The notes under the pieces: model-generated
Databases searched by the model: none
Seen by the model: the letters and a program-made list of their open reading frames with translations, nothing else
Told to the model about the DNA's origin: nothing
Program-made: the position numbers and the translations under genes
Shown here: positions 54,583 through 64,000 of the stretch, one piece after another
How the letters are laid out: each line of letters starts with the position of its first letter
Position numbering within the stretch: position 1 is the stretch's first letter
Assembly: GCA_947447665.1 (NCBI GenBank)
Contig: CANFJX010000007.1
Span: 87,441 to 151,440 of the forward strand
Length of the DNA stretch: 64,000 nt
DNA from: Bacteriovoracaceae bacterium
Lineage (GTDB): Bacteria; Bdellovibrionota; UBA1018
Direction of reading: 5' to 3'

Positions 54583-55931
54583 GAGGTGCTGAGTTGAACG
54601 GTTTGCCTCACGTTCTTCTTCGGCATGATGGGAGCTGGCTTGGGCAGCTCACTGAGGCGTTTGGCAATAATTCCCGCGAGTAAGTCGATGTCTACGGTTT
54701 CAAAACACCGAACCGTGCTGCAGGTTTTAAACATTTTGTTCAGGCAAGTGATGTTTCTACAGGGACTGCCTGCTGCATACGACCACGATGGGGCTTCTTG
54801 ATGGGGCGTGAGGTAGCCCGATTGAAACGAATCATAGCCTGACATTCGAGGAGGAGTGGCTCCAAAGATGGAAAGAATGGAGGTGCGATTTCTAAATAAG
54901 AATCGACCCGATTTTGAATAGCGTCTGGAAGCAGCTATATGCATAGGTCCAGTGTCGCCGGTGACGAAAATATCCGCAGAGTCAATCAGCACAGAATAAA
55001 CTTCAAGTGGTAGTTCTGGGGGTATGATTGTGACCTTTTTACGAGAGGTCTGAGGAAGTCTTTCGATCAACCGCTGGCCTATTCCCTGCGCTGTGTGTCC
55101 AGCCCCCAAAAGGATCGTTGCATCCATTTCAGAAATTCGATGAAGAAGTTCAGACTGTCTCTCGAAGGGAAGGAGAGTGAAATCGCAAGCCGTGTCCGGG
55201 TTAATCATAATTACCCGGTTTTGGGCGGTCAGGCCAAGCGCAGACGCGCTTTGGTGAGCCTGCTCGATGGTTGAGTCAGAATAGGTCGTTCTGACGCCTG
55301 CGAGGTGATCAGGACGGATAGGTTGAGCTACGGTCGAGAGGGTATCCCTCACAAATCGATAGCATTGGTAGAGAAAGTGATTAATTTTCGAGGGATCATC
55401 TTCGTTTCGAATAATAGTTGGGGTGTGGGACACGAGATGAATAACGGCGGTTTGAGGAGTTGCGAGATCTTTGTTTTGGATAAAGGCACAAAGATTTAGA
55501 CAGAGGTCATAGTTGCCCGTTCGAGTAATTTCACTTAGCGTGTCGATGTCTTTTTGGCTTGGAAACAGGCCACCCGAAAAGAGTGGAATGAACTTAGATA
55601 TTTCGGGATTACCCTCGACCAGGGGAGTTGCCACTTTGTTAGTAACATAGTGGATTTCAGCAGACGGGAAAAAGTCCCTGAGCGCGGTCGATGCTGCCTG
55701 CATCATCACTGTGTCACCAATGTGCGTATCAGGGATCACGAGAATTTTATTAAATTTCTGAACTTTTTTCAGCTCTTGGGAATTACTTCGAGCCAGGAGT
55801 TTACTCATCTCCCTGTTTCCTAACAGCGGCTTAACCGTTGCGTCCAAGAAGCGGGAGCCAGCCCGAGGGAAATATTCGGTTAATTGACTCGTTCCAGCAA
55901 AAAGAATTTCCTGAATTTTAGGACTAATCAT
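54579..55931 (-). CDS. Glycosyltransferase family 9 (heptosyltransferase-like)
   Basis: KILVI...IGD.VM, FPSAEI, FVTGDTGPMHIAA and SIFGAT. Confidence 0.85.
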   Translation of the reverse strand: MISPKIQEILFAGTSQLTEYFPRAGSRFLDATVKPLLGNREMSKLLARSNSQELKKVQKFNKILVIPDTHIGDTVMMQAASTALRDFFPSAEIHYVTNKVATPLVEGNPEISKFIPLFSGGLFPSQKDIDTLSEITRTGNYDLCLNLCAFIQNKDLATPQTAVIHLVSHTPTIIRNEDDPSKINHFLYQCYRFVRDTLSTVAQPIRPDHLAGVRTTYSDSTIEQAHQSASALGLTAQNRVIMINPDTACDFTLLPFERQSELLHRISEMDATILLGAGHTAQGIGQRLIERLPQTSRKKVTIIPPELPLEVYSVLIDSADIFVTGDTGPMHIAASRRYSKSGRFLFRNRTSILSIFGATPPRMSGYDSFQSGYLTPHQEAPSWSYAAGSPCRNITCLNKMFKTCSTVRCFETVDIDLLAGIIAKRLSELPKPAPIMPKKNVRQTVQLSTS

Positions 55932-56037
55932 AGGGATGCAGCATATTAATCTCCTGTCATGCCAGAGTGCAATAGTTGTCTATCGTGTGACGTAAAATAA
56001 TGCGATTTAATTGAATCACCCAGTCCTTGCAGACCTT

Positions 56038-56063
56038 CTTGACGAAGGAGTTCTGATCCCCAT
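56038..56063 (+). promoter_or_regulatory. Sigma32 (RpoH)-type heat-shock promoter
   Basis: CTTGAC-N14-CCCCAT, 45 nt upstream of clpB. Confidence 0.65.
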
Positions 56064-56108
56064 CCTTAATAGAAGCTAGTTTTAACGTTTACCAAGGAGA
56101 AAGATGCC

Positions 56109-58694
56109 ATGGCGACTCAATTTACGCGGAGTGCTCAAGAAGCTTTACAGAGAGCCCAGTCTGAGGCGATTCGACGAAATCACCAGGAACTCCAGCCGGA
56201 ACATCTCCTGTACGCCTTGACCGAGGGAGATCAGGATTCCTTCTCTGTTGTTTCCAATATCCTCGAAATCGCAGGCGTTGATCTAGCAGACTTTAAAAGG
56301 AAGGTTCAGCAACGATTGGACCGCTTGCCGAAGGTTTCCGGAGGGGGTGGACAAATCTATACCTCAAGCCTTTTCAATCGTTGGATGGTCATGGCGGAGG
56401 AGGAAGCAAAGAGGCTCGGCGACGAGTTTGTCTCGGGCGAGCACTTTCTTTTGGGTTTATTCTCATCACAGCTCAAGGATTCTGAGGTTACACGCCTGTT
56501 GAGCCAGTGCGGTGTGGGCGCCGAACAGGTGACTCAGGCAATGCGTCAAGTTCGCGGCAACGCCAAGATCCAAGATGCTGAGCCAGAGGGAAAGTACCGC
56601 GTGCTTGAAAAATACTGTAGGGATCTGACTGCTCAAGCGAGAAAACAAAAACTAGATCCAGTGATTGGACGAGATGAGGAAATTCGTAGGGTGATCCAAG
56701 TACTCTCGAGACGTACAAAAAACAATCCCGTCCTCATCGGTGAGCCAGGGGTTGGAAAAACAGCGATTGCCGAAGGCCTGGCTCAGCGGATGGTGAACGG
56801 CGATGTGCCCGAAACCCTAAAAAACAAAAAGTTGCTCGTTCTCGATCTCGGGGCTCTCATTGCTGGAGCGAAATTCCGCGGAGAATTCGAAGATCGTCTT
56901 AAGGCGGTTCTTAAAGAAATCACCTCCTCAGATGGGGAGATTGTTCTTTTTATTGATGAGTTGCACACGTTAGTGGGAGCGGGGGCGGGAGAAGGTGCTA
57001 TGGACGCCTCAAATATGTTGAAGCCTGCCCTTGCTCGTGGGGAGCTGAGATGTATCGGAGCGACGACGCTGAGCGAGTACAAGAAATATATTGAAAAAGA
57101 TGCGGCATTGGAGCGTCGGTTTCAGCCAGTCTACGTCAAAGAGCCTACGGTCGAGGATACGATCAGTATTTTGCGTGGTTTACGAGAGCGCTACGAGCTT
57201 CACCATGGGGTGTCGATTCGAGATTCGGCTCTGGTTTCGGCCGCAACCCTCTCTCATAGGTATATTACCGATCGTTTCTTGCCTGATAAGGCAATTGATC
57301 TCGTAGATGAGGCGGCTTCTCGGATTCGGATGCAGATTGACTCTCGCCCAGAATCAGTTGACCAGTTGGAAAGAAGGATTCTCCAGCTTGAAGTCGAGCG
57401 CCAAGCATTGAAGAAGGAAAAAGATCCTGCTTCAATCGACCGCTTGGGCCAGTTGGAGACCGAACTATCTGACCTCAAGGATCAAAATACCCGGCTCAAG
57501 TCTCAGTGGGAAAAAGAGAAAAATGAAGTAAACGCGGTTAAGAGCTTAAAGGAAAAAATCGAAAAAGTTCGAATTGAATCCGAGGCCGCCGAACGTCAGG
57601 GCAATTTAGAGAAAGCTGCTGAGCTTCGTTACGGTCAGCTCATTGCTCTTCAAAAGGAACTCGATGAATCAGCCAAAAAGACTTCTCCCGGCAGTACTGT
57701 ACTTTTGAGGCAGGAGGTTTCCGAGAATGATATTGCTGAAGTCGTGGCGCGCTGGACCGGGATTCCTGTTTCAAGGATGCTCGAGAGCGAGCAGAAGAAG
57801 CTCCTCCAGATGGAAAGTCGTCTTGAGCAGCGGGTAGTTGGACAGGATAAAGCCATTTCGGCTGTATCTCATGCTGTGCGTCGCTCCAGAATTGGACTCC
57901 AAGAAAAACACCGGCCCATTGGATCGTTTCTCTTTTTAGGTCCAACCGGGGTGGGGAAGACTGAGACCGCAAAGGCACTGGCAGAGTTTCTCTTTGATGA
58001 CGAGCAGGCAATGATCCGACTTGATATGAGCGAGTATATGGAGAAGCACTCGGTGGCTCGACTCATTGGCTCTCCTCCTGGCTATGTTGGATATGAAGAG
58101 GGCGGAGCGCTCACGGAAGCAGTGCGGCGTAGACCTTACTCCGTGATTCTTTTAGATGAGGTAGAAAAAGCGCATGTCGATGTGTTCAATGTTTTTCTAC
58201 AGATTTTAGATGACGGGCGAGCTACGGATGGTCAGGGCAGGACTGTGGATTTTACGAACACTCTGATTATTATGACTTCGAATTTAGGGAGTCAGTTGAT
58301 TTTAGATGAGCCAGATCCGGTCCGAAGAGAAGCGGGCGTCTGGGAGTTGGTACGCCGACATTTTAAGCCCGAGTTTCTAAATCGTATCGACGAGATTGTT
58401 ACCTTTTCACATTTAGAAAAGGCCCAATTAATGATAATTATTGAACAATATGCTGGTCGCCTCAATCGGCTTCTAGCTGAGCGTGGACTGCAAATTGACC
58501 TGAGTCGAGAGGCTGTTGAGCTTCTCTGCGAAAAAGGCTACGACCGCGATTTTGGAGCCAGACCGATGAAGCGAGTTTTTCAAAGAGAAATTCAGAATCC
58601 ATTAGCCGTCGAGATTTTGACTGGAAAATACCCTCCAGGGAGTATTATTTCAGTCGACGTATCTCAAGGGGAGTTTAAATTCCAAATAAGATAA
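56109..58694 (+). CDS. clpB: Chaperone ClpB
   Basis: Two AAA domains ([16 protein letters not shown]), long coiled-coil M domain, [13 protein letters not shown]. Confidence 0.98.
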   Translation: MATQFTRSAQEALQRAQSEAIRRNHQELQPEHLLYALTEGDQDSFSVVSNILEIAGVDLADFKRKVQQRLDRLPKVSGGGGQIYTSSLFNRWMVMAEEEAKRLGDEFVSGEHFLLGLFSSQLKDSEVTRLLSQCGVGAEQVTQAMRQVRGNAKIQDAEPEGKYRVLEKYCRDLTAQARKQKLDPVIGRDEEIRRVIQVLSRRTKNNPVLIGEPGVGKTAIAEGLAQRMVNGDVPETLKNKKLLVLDLGALIAGAKFRGEFEDRLKAVLKEITSSDGEIVLFIDELHTLVGAGAGEGAMDASNMLKPALARGELRCIGATTLSEYKKYIEKDAALERRFQPVYVKEPTVEDTISILRGLRERYELHHGVSIRDSALVSAATLSHRYITDRFLPDKAIDLVDEAASRIRMQIDSRPESVDQLERRILQLEVERQALKKEKDPASIDRLGQLETELSDLKDQNTRLKSQWEKEKNEVNAVKSLKEKIEKVRIESEAAERQGNLEKAAELRYGQLIALQKELDESAKKTSPGSTVLLRQEVSENDIAEVVARWTGIPVSRMLESEQKKLLQMESRLEQRVVGQDKAISAVSHAVRRSRIGLQEKHRPIGSFLFLGPTGVGKTETAKALAEFLFDDEQAMIRLDMSEYMEKHSVARLIGSPPGYVGYEEGGALTEAVRRRPYSVILLDEVEKAHVDVFNVFLQILDDGRATDGQGRTVDFTNTLIIMTSNLGSQLILDEPDPVRREAGVWELVRRHFKPEFLNRIDEIVTFSHLEKAQLMIIIEQYAGRLNRLLAERGLQIDLSREAVELLCEKGYDRDFGARPMKRVFQREIQNPLAVEILTGKYPPGSIISVDVSQGEFKFQIR

Positions 58695-58743
58695 AAAAGA
58701 TCACAAAAATTAGTCAAAGATTAATTTTTTTTTCAGTCGCTGT

Positions 58744-58772
58744 TTGATATCTTTCGCAGTCTCTTCTACACT
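58744..58772 (+). promoter_or_regulatory. Sigma70-type promoter of spoVG
   Basis: TTGATA-N17-TACACT. Confidence 0.6.
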
Positions 58773-58820
58773 GATAGAGAGTTCTCATTTTTAGAGGTCT
58801 CGTAAACGGAGGGATTGGCC

Positions 58821-59132
58821 ATGGAGATCACAGAAGTGAAAGTTTTTCCCGTCGACGAGGAAAAATTAAAGGCCTACATCACAATAGTGTTGGATGAATG
58901 CTTTGTTGTTCGTGATTTGAAGATTATCAGCGGCACTGCAGGCTTATTTGTTGCGATGCCGAGCAAGCGGAGAAAGGATGGGACCTTTAAGGATATCGCT
59001 CATCCACTGAATCAAAGCACCCGAGCAAATATGGAAAAATTGATTTTGGATGCCTATTTAGCCGAAATTAAGAAGCCAGGAGCTCCTGCCCCCCATTCTG
59101 CAGACGAGGCAGACCGAGCTGACTCGGCCTAA
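58821..59132 (+). CDS. spoVG: SpoVG family nucleic-acid-binding protein
   Basis: MEITEVKV...LKAY...GLFVAMPS...FKDIAHP. Confidence 0.96.
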   Translation: MEITEVKVFPVDEEKLKAYITIVLDECFVVRDLKIISGTAGLFVAMPSKRRKDGTFKDIAHPLNQSTRANMEKLILDAYLAEIKKPGAPAPHSADEADRADSA

Positions 59133-59229
59133 AGGCCCCTTCGTAGGCCCTAATTTTTGTTAGACGGACCACTTTTGATCACTTGCCTGATTGCTCCAAT
59201 AGAAATTCTGTGATAGGTCTGAAATCTGT

Positions 59230-59304
59230 TGGGGCGTCGGCAAGTGGTAAGCTAGCGGATTTTGATTCCGCCATTCCTAGGTTCGAATCCTAGCGCCCCA
59301 GCCA
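59230..59304 (+). tRNA. tRNA-Gln(UUG)
   Basis: TGGGGCG/CGCCCCA acceptor stem, GCGGA-TT-TTG-AT-TCCGC anticodon arm, GTTCGAATC T loop, encoded CCA. Confidence 0.96.
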
Positions 59305-59433
59305 CTTCAAAAAAAGTGATGTACTCAGCTCACCTTGACGCTAGCCTTCAATTCCCGCTAAAACATCTAGACAAATCCCCCTGAACCCTCGTATTTTAGG
59401 GATGTGCACTCTCCTGTAGTTCAAAAAGATGAC

Positions 59434-60090
59434 ATGACGTTTACTAACACCCCCAATCTGCTCACGTTGTTCAGGATGATTTTCGTCCCTATTATTGTTG
59501 GTTTGTTATTAATTCGCCAGCCGAAGTGGGATGTCGTGGCCGCCCTTGCCTTTACTGTAGCCAGTATCACTGACTATTTGGACGGCTATATTGCTCGCGC
59601 GCACAAAATTGAAACCGTTTACGGAAAGCTCATGGATCCCTTGGCGGATAAATTTCTAGTCGCTTCCTCTCTTATTATGCTCCAAGAGTTGGGCCGAATC
59701 CACCCTGTGGTCGTGATTTTGCTGATCTGCCGTGAAATCGCTATTACTGGACTGCGGGCTTTAGCAAGCGCGGAAGGAGTCGTGATTGCAGCCTCGACCT
59801 CGGCCAAATGGAAGACGGCCACTCAGATGGTGGCAATCCCCCTGATCATGGGTCACAGTCTTTTTGGTGTGCCGCTTTATCCCCTGGGGATGGTCCTTTT
59901 GTATATCTCGCTTACCATTAGCTTATGGTCAGCGATCGACTATCTTCTGGGTTTCTTCTCTGGTCTTAAAGAGGCTAGAAAGCAAAAGACCCAGGAAAGG
60001 GTGCTTGCTCGTAAGGCCCGCCTGGCGTCTCGTTCTGCGAGGCTTGCTGCCAGGGCCAGTAAGTATGGGTTATTAGACCCACACTCATGA
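59434..60090 (+). CDS. pgsA: CDP-diacylglycerol--glycerol-3-phosphate 3-phosphatidyltransferase
   Basis: PNLLTLFR, TDYLDGYIAR...GKLMDPLADK, RE..ITGLR. Confidence 0.95.
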   Translation: MTFTNTPNLLTLFRMIFVPIIVGLLLIRQPKWDVVAALAFTVASITDYLDGYIARAHKIETVYGKLMDPLADKFLVASSLIMLQELGRIHPVVVILLICREIAITGLRALASAEGVVIAASTSAKWKTATQMVAIPLIMGHSLFGVPLYPLGMVLLYISLTISLWSAIDYLLGFFSGLKEARKQKTQERVLARKARLASRSARLAARASKYGLLDPHS

Positions 60091-60383
60091 GGGCTATTCT
60101 TTATTGACCTGCTTTTATTTTTGAGGTCATCGCAATGATCAAAAAAGCCATCACCAAGGTCTTCATGAGAAAGACCCGATCCTGAGTGCAGTTTGCTAAA
60201 AATCTTTTCATCTTTACCATCCTTGCTTTATTCTAGTCCGGTTAAGCGATTTTCCAATGTGTGAATTGTGACACTCCAAAAGTAGGAATGTTAATACCCG
60301 GCAGATTCGGGGCTTGGATCGCAGCGAAAATTGGTGTAAAAGCAGAGGCCTCCCTGATCGGCAGATCCTTCTGCACCGAATAT

Positions 60384-60467
60384 GCCCGGGTGGTGGAATT
60401 GGTAGACACACTCGTTTCAGGGGCGAGCGCCAAAAGCATGCTGGTTCGAGTCCAGTCCCGGGCACCA
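60384..60467 (+). tRNA. tRNA-Leu(CAG)
   Basis: GCCCGGG/CCCGGGC acceptor stem, CTCGT-TT-CAG-GG-GCGAG anticodon arm, long variable arm, encoded CCA. Confidence 0.95.
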
Positions 60468-60593
60468 ATAATTTACAAAAACACCCTAATATCAACCTCT
60501 TTAATTATACTCGGATCTGCCGGAAGAACTCCCTGTTGCTCAAGTTATTTCCCTTGGGGTACAGATCGGATTTCTAGTAAGATCATCTAGAAA

Positions 60594-62747
60594 ATGAAAA
60601 AAAATCAAAATCAGAAGAATTCCAAATCTCCGGCCAGCGCTGGACCTAAGTCGAGAAGTCGGCGATCTAAAAAAGAAAATCAGAAAAAATTTCAAGTAAA
60701 GCAATCAGGGCAGCCTGCAGCTGCTTGGGCTCCCAAGGGCGAGGTTCGAAAGGACCGAAAGTCTGGGGGAGGCCTTCTTCCTATTGTGCGATCGGGTGGG
60801 CGAGGTCCACGAGCGGCAGGTGATTCAAAACTTCTCCATTTGAAGGCTACGGTGGATAAAAATAGAAAGGGATTCGCCTTTCTCATTTTTGAGAACCGAT
60901 CGATTCCAGATGCCTTCGTATCGCCGGACCGCTCGCAGGGGCTTTTCCATGGAGATCGCGTCCAAGTTCTAATGAGGCCACCGAGTTTTGTCATTAAGAT
61001 CCAGGTGATTGAGCATCGAATTCGTGAGGCGGTGGGTCGATATAGTCCGCATCCCAAGGGGGGGCAGTACGGTGGCTGGCTAATCTATGAGAAGAAAAAG
61101 GCCCGAGAGGAAATTTTCATCCCTTTTATCCCCCAGTTCCGCCCCAAGGATCAGGACTGGGTCCGGGCAAATCTAGAATTTCACTCACAAGGGGAGCACG
61201 CAGTCACCGGCTCAATTGTTGAAATGTATGGGCAAGATCTGCCGGCCTCTGCGGACTTGGCCAGGGTGGTGGCCGATTATAATCTCGTCGAGAATCACTC
61301 TGTCCTTGCTGTTCAAGAAGCTCAAGATCAGCGGCTGGAGGTTCCGGGGAAAGATTTAGAAGGACGTGAGGACCTAAGAGATCGTCACTTCATTACCATT
61401 GATGGTGCCACTGCGAGAGACTTTGACGATGCAGTGTTAGTTGAGAGAAAAGCGTCTCATTTTGTGTTGTGGGTCGCCATTGCTGATGTTTCTCACTACG
61501 TTCAAGAGGGCCGAGAGTTGGATCGTGAAGCTCGTTCACGCGGTACCAGCGTCTATTTTCCGGAGCGGGCATTCCATATGCTGCCGGGGGCCTTGTCCGA
61601 AAATCTTTGTAGCTTGAGACCTCATGAGCCTCGTTTGGCCTTGGTGGCTAGAATCGAAATGAGTCCTACAGGGAAGCGGATGAAAACCGACGTGCTCGAG
61701 GCTGTGATCGAGAGTAAGCGACGAGCCACGTATGACCAAATTCAAGAGGAATGGGAGGTTGAAAGGCAAAATCCGAACTGGATTTATAGGCCTCACTTCG
61801 ATCTTTATTCAATTTTGCGTCAGGCTCGGTCTGCTCGCGGTTCGATTGATTTCGAATTTCCAGAGGCTGAGATTCTTCTTGAGTCCAATGGCGAGGTCAA
61901 ATCGATAGAAATCAGGCCGAGAAAAGACTCTCATCGTTTGATCGAAGAGTTTATGATCGCTGCGAACGAAGCAGTGACTGATTGGATGATGAACAAGAAA
62001 TGGCCTTTCGTCTATCGAACTCATGATGAGCCCTCGACTCAGTCGTTGGAGAATTTCCAAGCCCTGGCAGCAACGGTCGGGTTTCAGGTATCCTTGGAGA
62101 GAGCTCGCTCGCCTAAGGTGTTGGCAGAAATAGTCAAAAAATTAGAAGGGCATCCTGCTCAAACCCTGCTGAGCATGTCACTCCTCAGATCCATGAAGCA
62201 GGCTATCTACAGTTCGACTCACGGGATCCATTTTGGACTAGCCTCAGAGGGTTATACTCACTTCACCAGCCCCATTCGCCGGTATCCGGATCTCGTGGTC
62301 CATCGACTTCTGCGAATGGCTGTTCGTATGGAAAAGGCTGGGCATAAGCTCAAACCTCAGGTCCGAGAACAGCTCGAGAAAGAGCTGAGCGAGATTTGCG
62401 AACACTGTAGTTACCGTGAGCGTCTCGCTTCTGATGCGGAGCGCGACGCCATTAAGTTGAAGCAAGTCCGAGTGATGCTGAAGCATGTTGGTTCTGATTT
62501 TGAGGGAAAAGTGGTGGGAATGGTCAATTCAGGGCTATTTATCCAGATTTCCGATCCCTACGTCGAGGGAATGATCAGCGGCGAAACGATGACAGACGAT
62601 CTTTATGAGTTCCATGAAGAACGGATGGTCTACCAAGGTCGGCGTAAGCGCAAATCTTACCGCATTGGGGACACGGTTAAAATTAAAGTCGCTCGAGCCG
62701 ATTTAGAACGCAGGCAAATTGATTTCGTGATGGTAAACTTGACTTAG
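60594..62747 (+). CDS. rnr: Ribonuclease R
   Basis: TIDG..ARDFDDA, LIEEFMIAANE, HFTSPIRRYPDL, C-terminal S1 domain; basic N-terminal extension. Confidence 0.95.
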   Translation: MKKNQNQKNSKSPASAGPKSRSRRSKKENQKKFQVKQSGQPAAAWAPKGEVRKDRKSGGGLLPIVRSGGRGPRAAGDSKLLHLKATVDKNRKGFAFLIFENRSIPDAFVSPDRSQGLFHGDRVQVLMRPPSFVIKIQVIEHRIREAVGRYSPHPKGGQYGGWLIYEKKKAREEIFIPFIPQFRPKDQDWVRANLEFHSQGEHAVTGSIVEMYGQDLPASADLARVVADYNLVENHSVLAVQEAQDQRLEVPGKDLEGREDLRDRHFITIDGATARDFDDAVLVERKASHFVLWVAIADVSHYVQEGRELDREARSRGTSVYFPERAFHMLPGALSENLCSLRPHEPRLALVARIEMSPTGKRMKTDVLEAVIESKRRATYDQIQEEWEVERQNPNWIYRPHFDLYSILRQARSARGSIDFEFPEAEILLESNGEVKSIEIRPRKDSHRLIEEFMIAANEAVTDWMMNKKWPFVYRTHDEPSTQSLENFQALAATVGFQVSLERARSPKVLAEIVKKLEGHPAQTLLSMSLLRSMKQAIYSSTHGIHFGLASEGYTHFTSPIRRYPDLVVHRLLRMAVRMEKAGHKLKPQVREQLEKELSEICEHCSYRERLASDAERDAIKLKQVRVMLKHVGSDFEGKVVGMVNSGLFIQISDPYVEGMISGETMTDDLYEFHEERMVYQGRRKRKSYRIGDTVKIKVARADLERRQIDFVMVNLT

Positions 62748-62793
62748 GTTTTAAAGAGCCCGGAGAAGACCAAGGAAGGCCAAGGACGAAAAA

Positions 62794-64000
62794 ATGAAAT
62801 GGATTAAAACCGGTCGCCAGCTCGGTCAGGCGGTAAAGAACGTTCAGCGTTTGCGACAGATTTTGTCCGTTTTTGCCAAATATGGCTTTGGCGATCTCGT
62901 CGATCGAATGGATCTCGGGAAATTTTTGCCGGGCCGATTGGGCGCATTTGCTGAGTCTCAGGCTGATAAAACTACACCCGAGCGGCTGCGACTCGCTTTT
63001 GAGGAGCTGGGTCCCACGTTTGTCAAGTTTGGCCAGCTCCTCTCGACTCGATCCGATCTTTTGCCTGAACCGTTTATCGAGGAGTTTATTCGCCTTCAAG
63101 ATCATGTGCAGCCCCTTTCTTTTGACGTCGTAAGGAAGGTTGTCGAAGAAGAGCTGAAGCAGAAAATTGAACTCGCCTTTTCAGAGTTTAATTCAGTACC
63201 GCTAGCTGCTGCTAGTATCGGACAGGTTCATGAGGCCCGCCTCCTCAGCGGCGAACGAGTGGTTGTGAAAGTCCAACGACCGGAAATTGAAAAAATCATC
63301 GATACCGATGTTTCCCTTCTCGCTTTTTTAGCGGGGCTTTTAGAAAAGTACGTCCCAGAGACTCGTATTGTCGGACCAACGACGATTGTGGAGGAATTTT
63401 TCAAAACTCTGGCGTTTGAACTCGATTTTGTGGTCGAGGCCAATAACATTAAAAAGATTGCCGAGAATACTCGAAATATTCCGGAGATCGTGCTTCCAAC
63501 GGTTTACAAATCACTCAGCACCCACAAGATTTTGACTCTGGAGAAGTTCGAAGGCATCCGCGTCAATGATCTTGAGGCTTTAGATCGAGCAGGAATCGAT
63601 CGAAAAAAAATCGTCGAGTTGGGCGCTAAAACATTTTTTAAGTGGGTCATGATCGACGGCCTGTTTCATGGAGATTTGCACGGTGGAAATCTTTTCGTTT
63701 TGCCAGGAAATCGATTAGGAATCATTGATTTTGGGATCGTCGGGCGCCTATCTCAAAAGTCTCGTGACCAATTAGCTAATATGGTCATGGCGCTACTGAC
63801 CGAAGATTATGAAAATCTGTGCTATGAGTACGCCGAACTGGGGGCTGCAGAGGCATCAATTGATTTTGAAGGATTTCAACGAGAGGTGAGAAATGCCCTC
63901 TCGCCTTATATGGGAATGTCTTTAGCAGAAATGAATATTGGGCGCATTCTGATCGAAGCCACCCAGATTGCCACTCGATTTAATATTAAGGTCCCTGGGG
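62794..64000 (+). CDS. ubiB: UbiB/AarF (ABC1) atypical kinase, 3'-truncated by window edge; absent from the ORF track
   Basis: Manual translation: MKWIKTG...EELGPTFVKFGQLLSTR, AAASIGQVH, VVKVQRP, FHGDLHGGN and IDFG. Confidence 0.9.
   Translation, partial: MKWIKTGRQLGQAVKNVQRLRQILSVFAKYGFGDLVDRMDLGKFLPGRLGAFAESQADKTTPERLRLAFEELGPTFVKFGQLLSTRSDLLPEPFIEEFIRLQDHVQPLSFDVVRKVVEEELKQKIELAFSEFNSVPLAAASIGQVHEARLLSGERVVVKVQRPEIEKIIDTDVSLLAFLAGLLEKYVPETRIVGPTTIVEEFFKTLAFELDFVVEANNIKKIAENTRNIPEIVLPTVYKSLSTHKILTLEKFEGIRVNDLEALDRAGIDRKKIVELGAKTFFKWVMIDGLFHGDLHGGNLFVLPGNRLGIIDFGIVGRLSQKSRDQLANMVMALLTEDYENLCYEYAELGAAEASIDFEGFQREVRNALSPYMGMSLAEMNIGRILIEATQIATRFNIKVPG

Noticed and set aside
58725-58733. T9 run after clpB
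   Set aside because: Intergenic, with no convincing GC-rich stem to call a terminator
60260-60275. CRP-like site TGTGA-N6-ACACT
   Set aside because: Second half-site is imperfect and there is no supporting context
59230-60590. tRNA genes as integration sites; ORFs called across tRNA-Leu (60214-60590)
   Set aside because: No integrase or duplicated tRNA 3' end seen; the ORFs are artefacts overlapping the tRNA
62683-63449. Short ORFs 62683-63105, 62873-63133 and 63228-63449
   Set aside because: Shadows of the ubiB-like gene, which starts at 62794 and runs off the window

Overview
Gene-dense chromosomal window of mostly housekeeping genes. The gene content and order (flgFGAHI-flgJ-flgMNKL-csrA-fliW, spoVG-tRNA-Gln, DUF1844-degP, kdd-kamDE, etfBA-fadF) suggest a Bdellovibrionota/Oligoflexia-like or related deltaproteobacterial genome; this is an inference. 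The window holds glycine cleavage genes and folD, a flagellar operon, bamD with TPR genes, an incomplete arginine-succinyltransferase cluster, part of the lysine-fermentation pathway, ETF with a membrane Fe-S oxidoreductase, DAP/lysine biosynthesis, amgK-murU, degP, an MMPL transporter, clpB, two tRNAs, pgsA, rnr and a partial ubiB. No transposase, integrase, prophage or CRISPR array was seen. The strongest signal is directly behind the B12/PLP-dependent lysine 5,6-aminomutase genes. There, a MoxR-type AAA+ ATPase ORF ends at an A10 run (28983-28992) followed by a possible hairpin, and a vWA ORF with no credible start continues in the -1 frame. This looks like a programmed frameshift giving a 301-aa AAA+ subunit and a ~642-aa AAA+-vWA subunit, a candidate chaperone or reactivase for KamDE. 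A homopolymer sequencing error must be excluded first. Other notable items: a secreted orphan protein with a Met/Gly tandem-repeat tail behind a sigma54-type promoter, a 24-bp perfect inverted repeat (MITE-like), a remodelled FlgH, two M48 pseudo-peptidases, and several apparently leaderless genes. All product calls are motif recognition by eye; no database searches were run.
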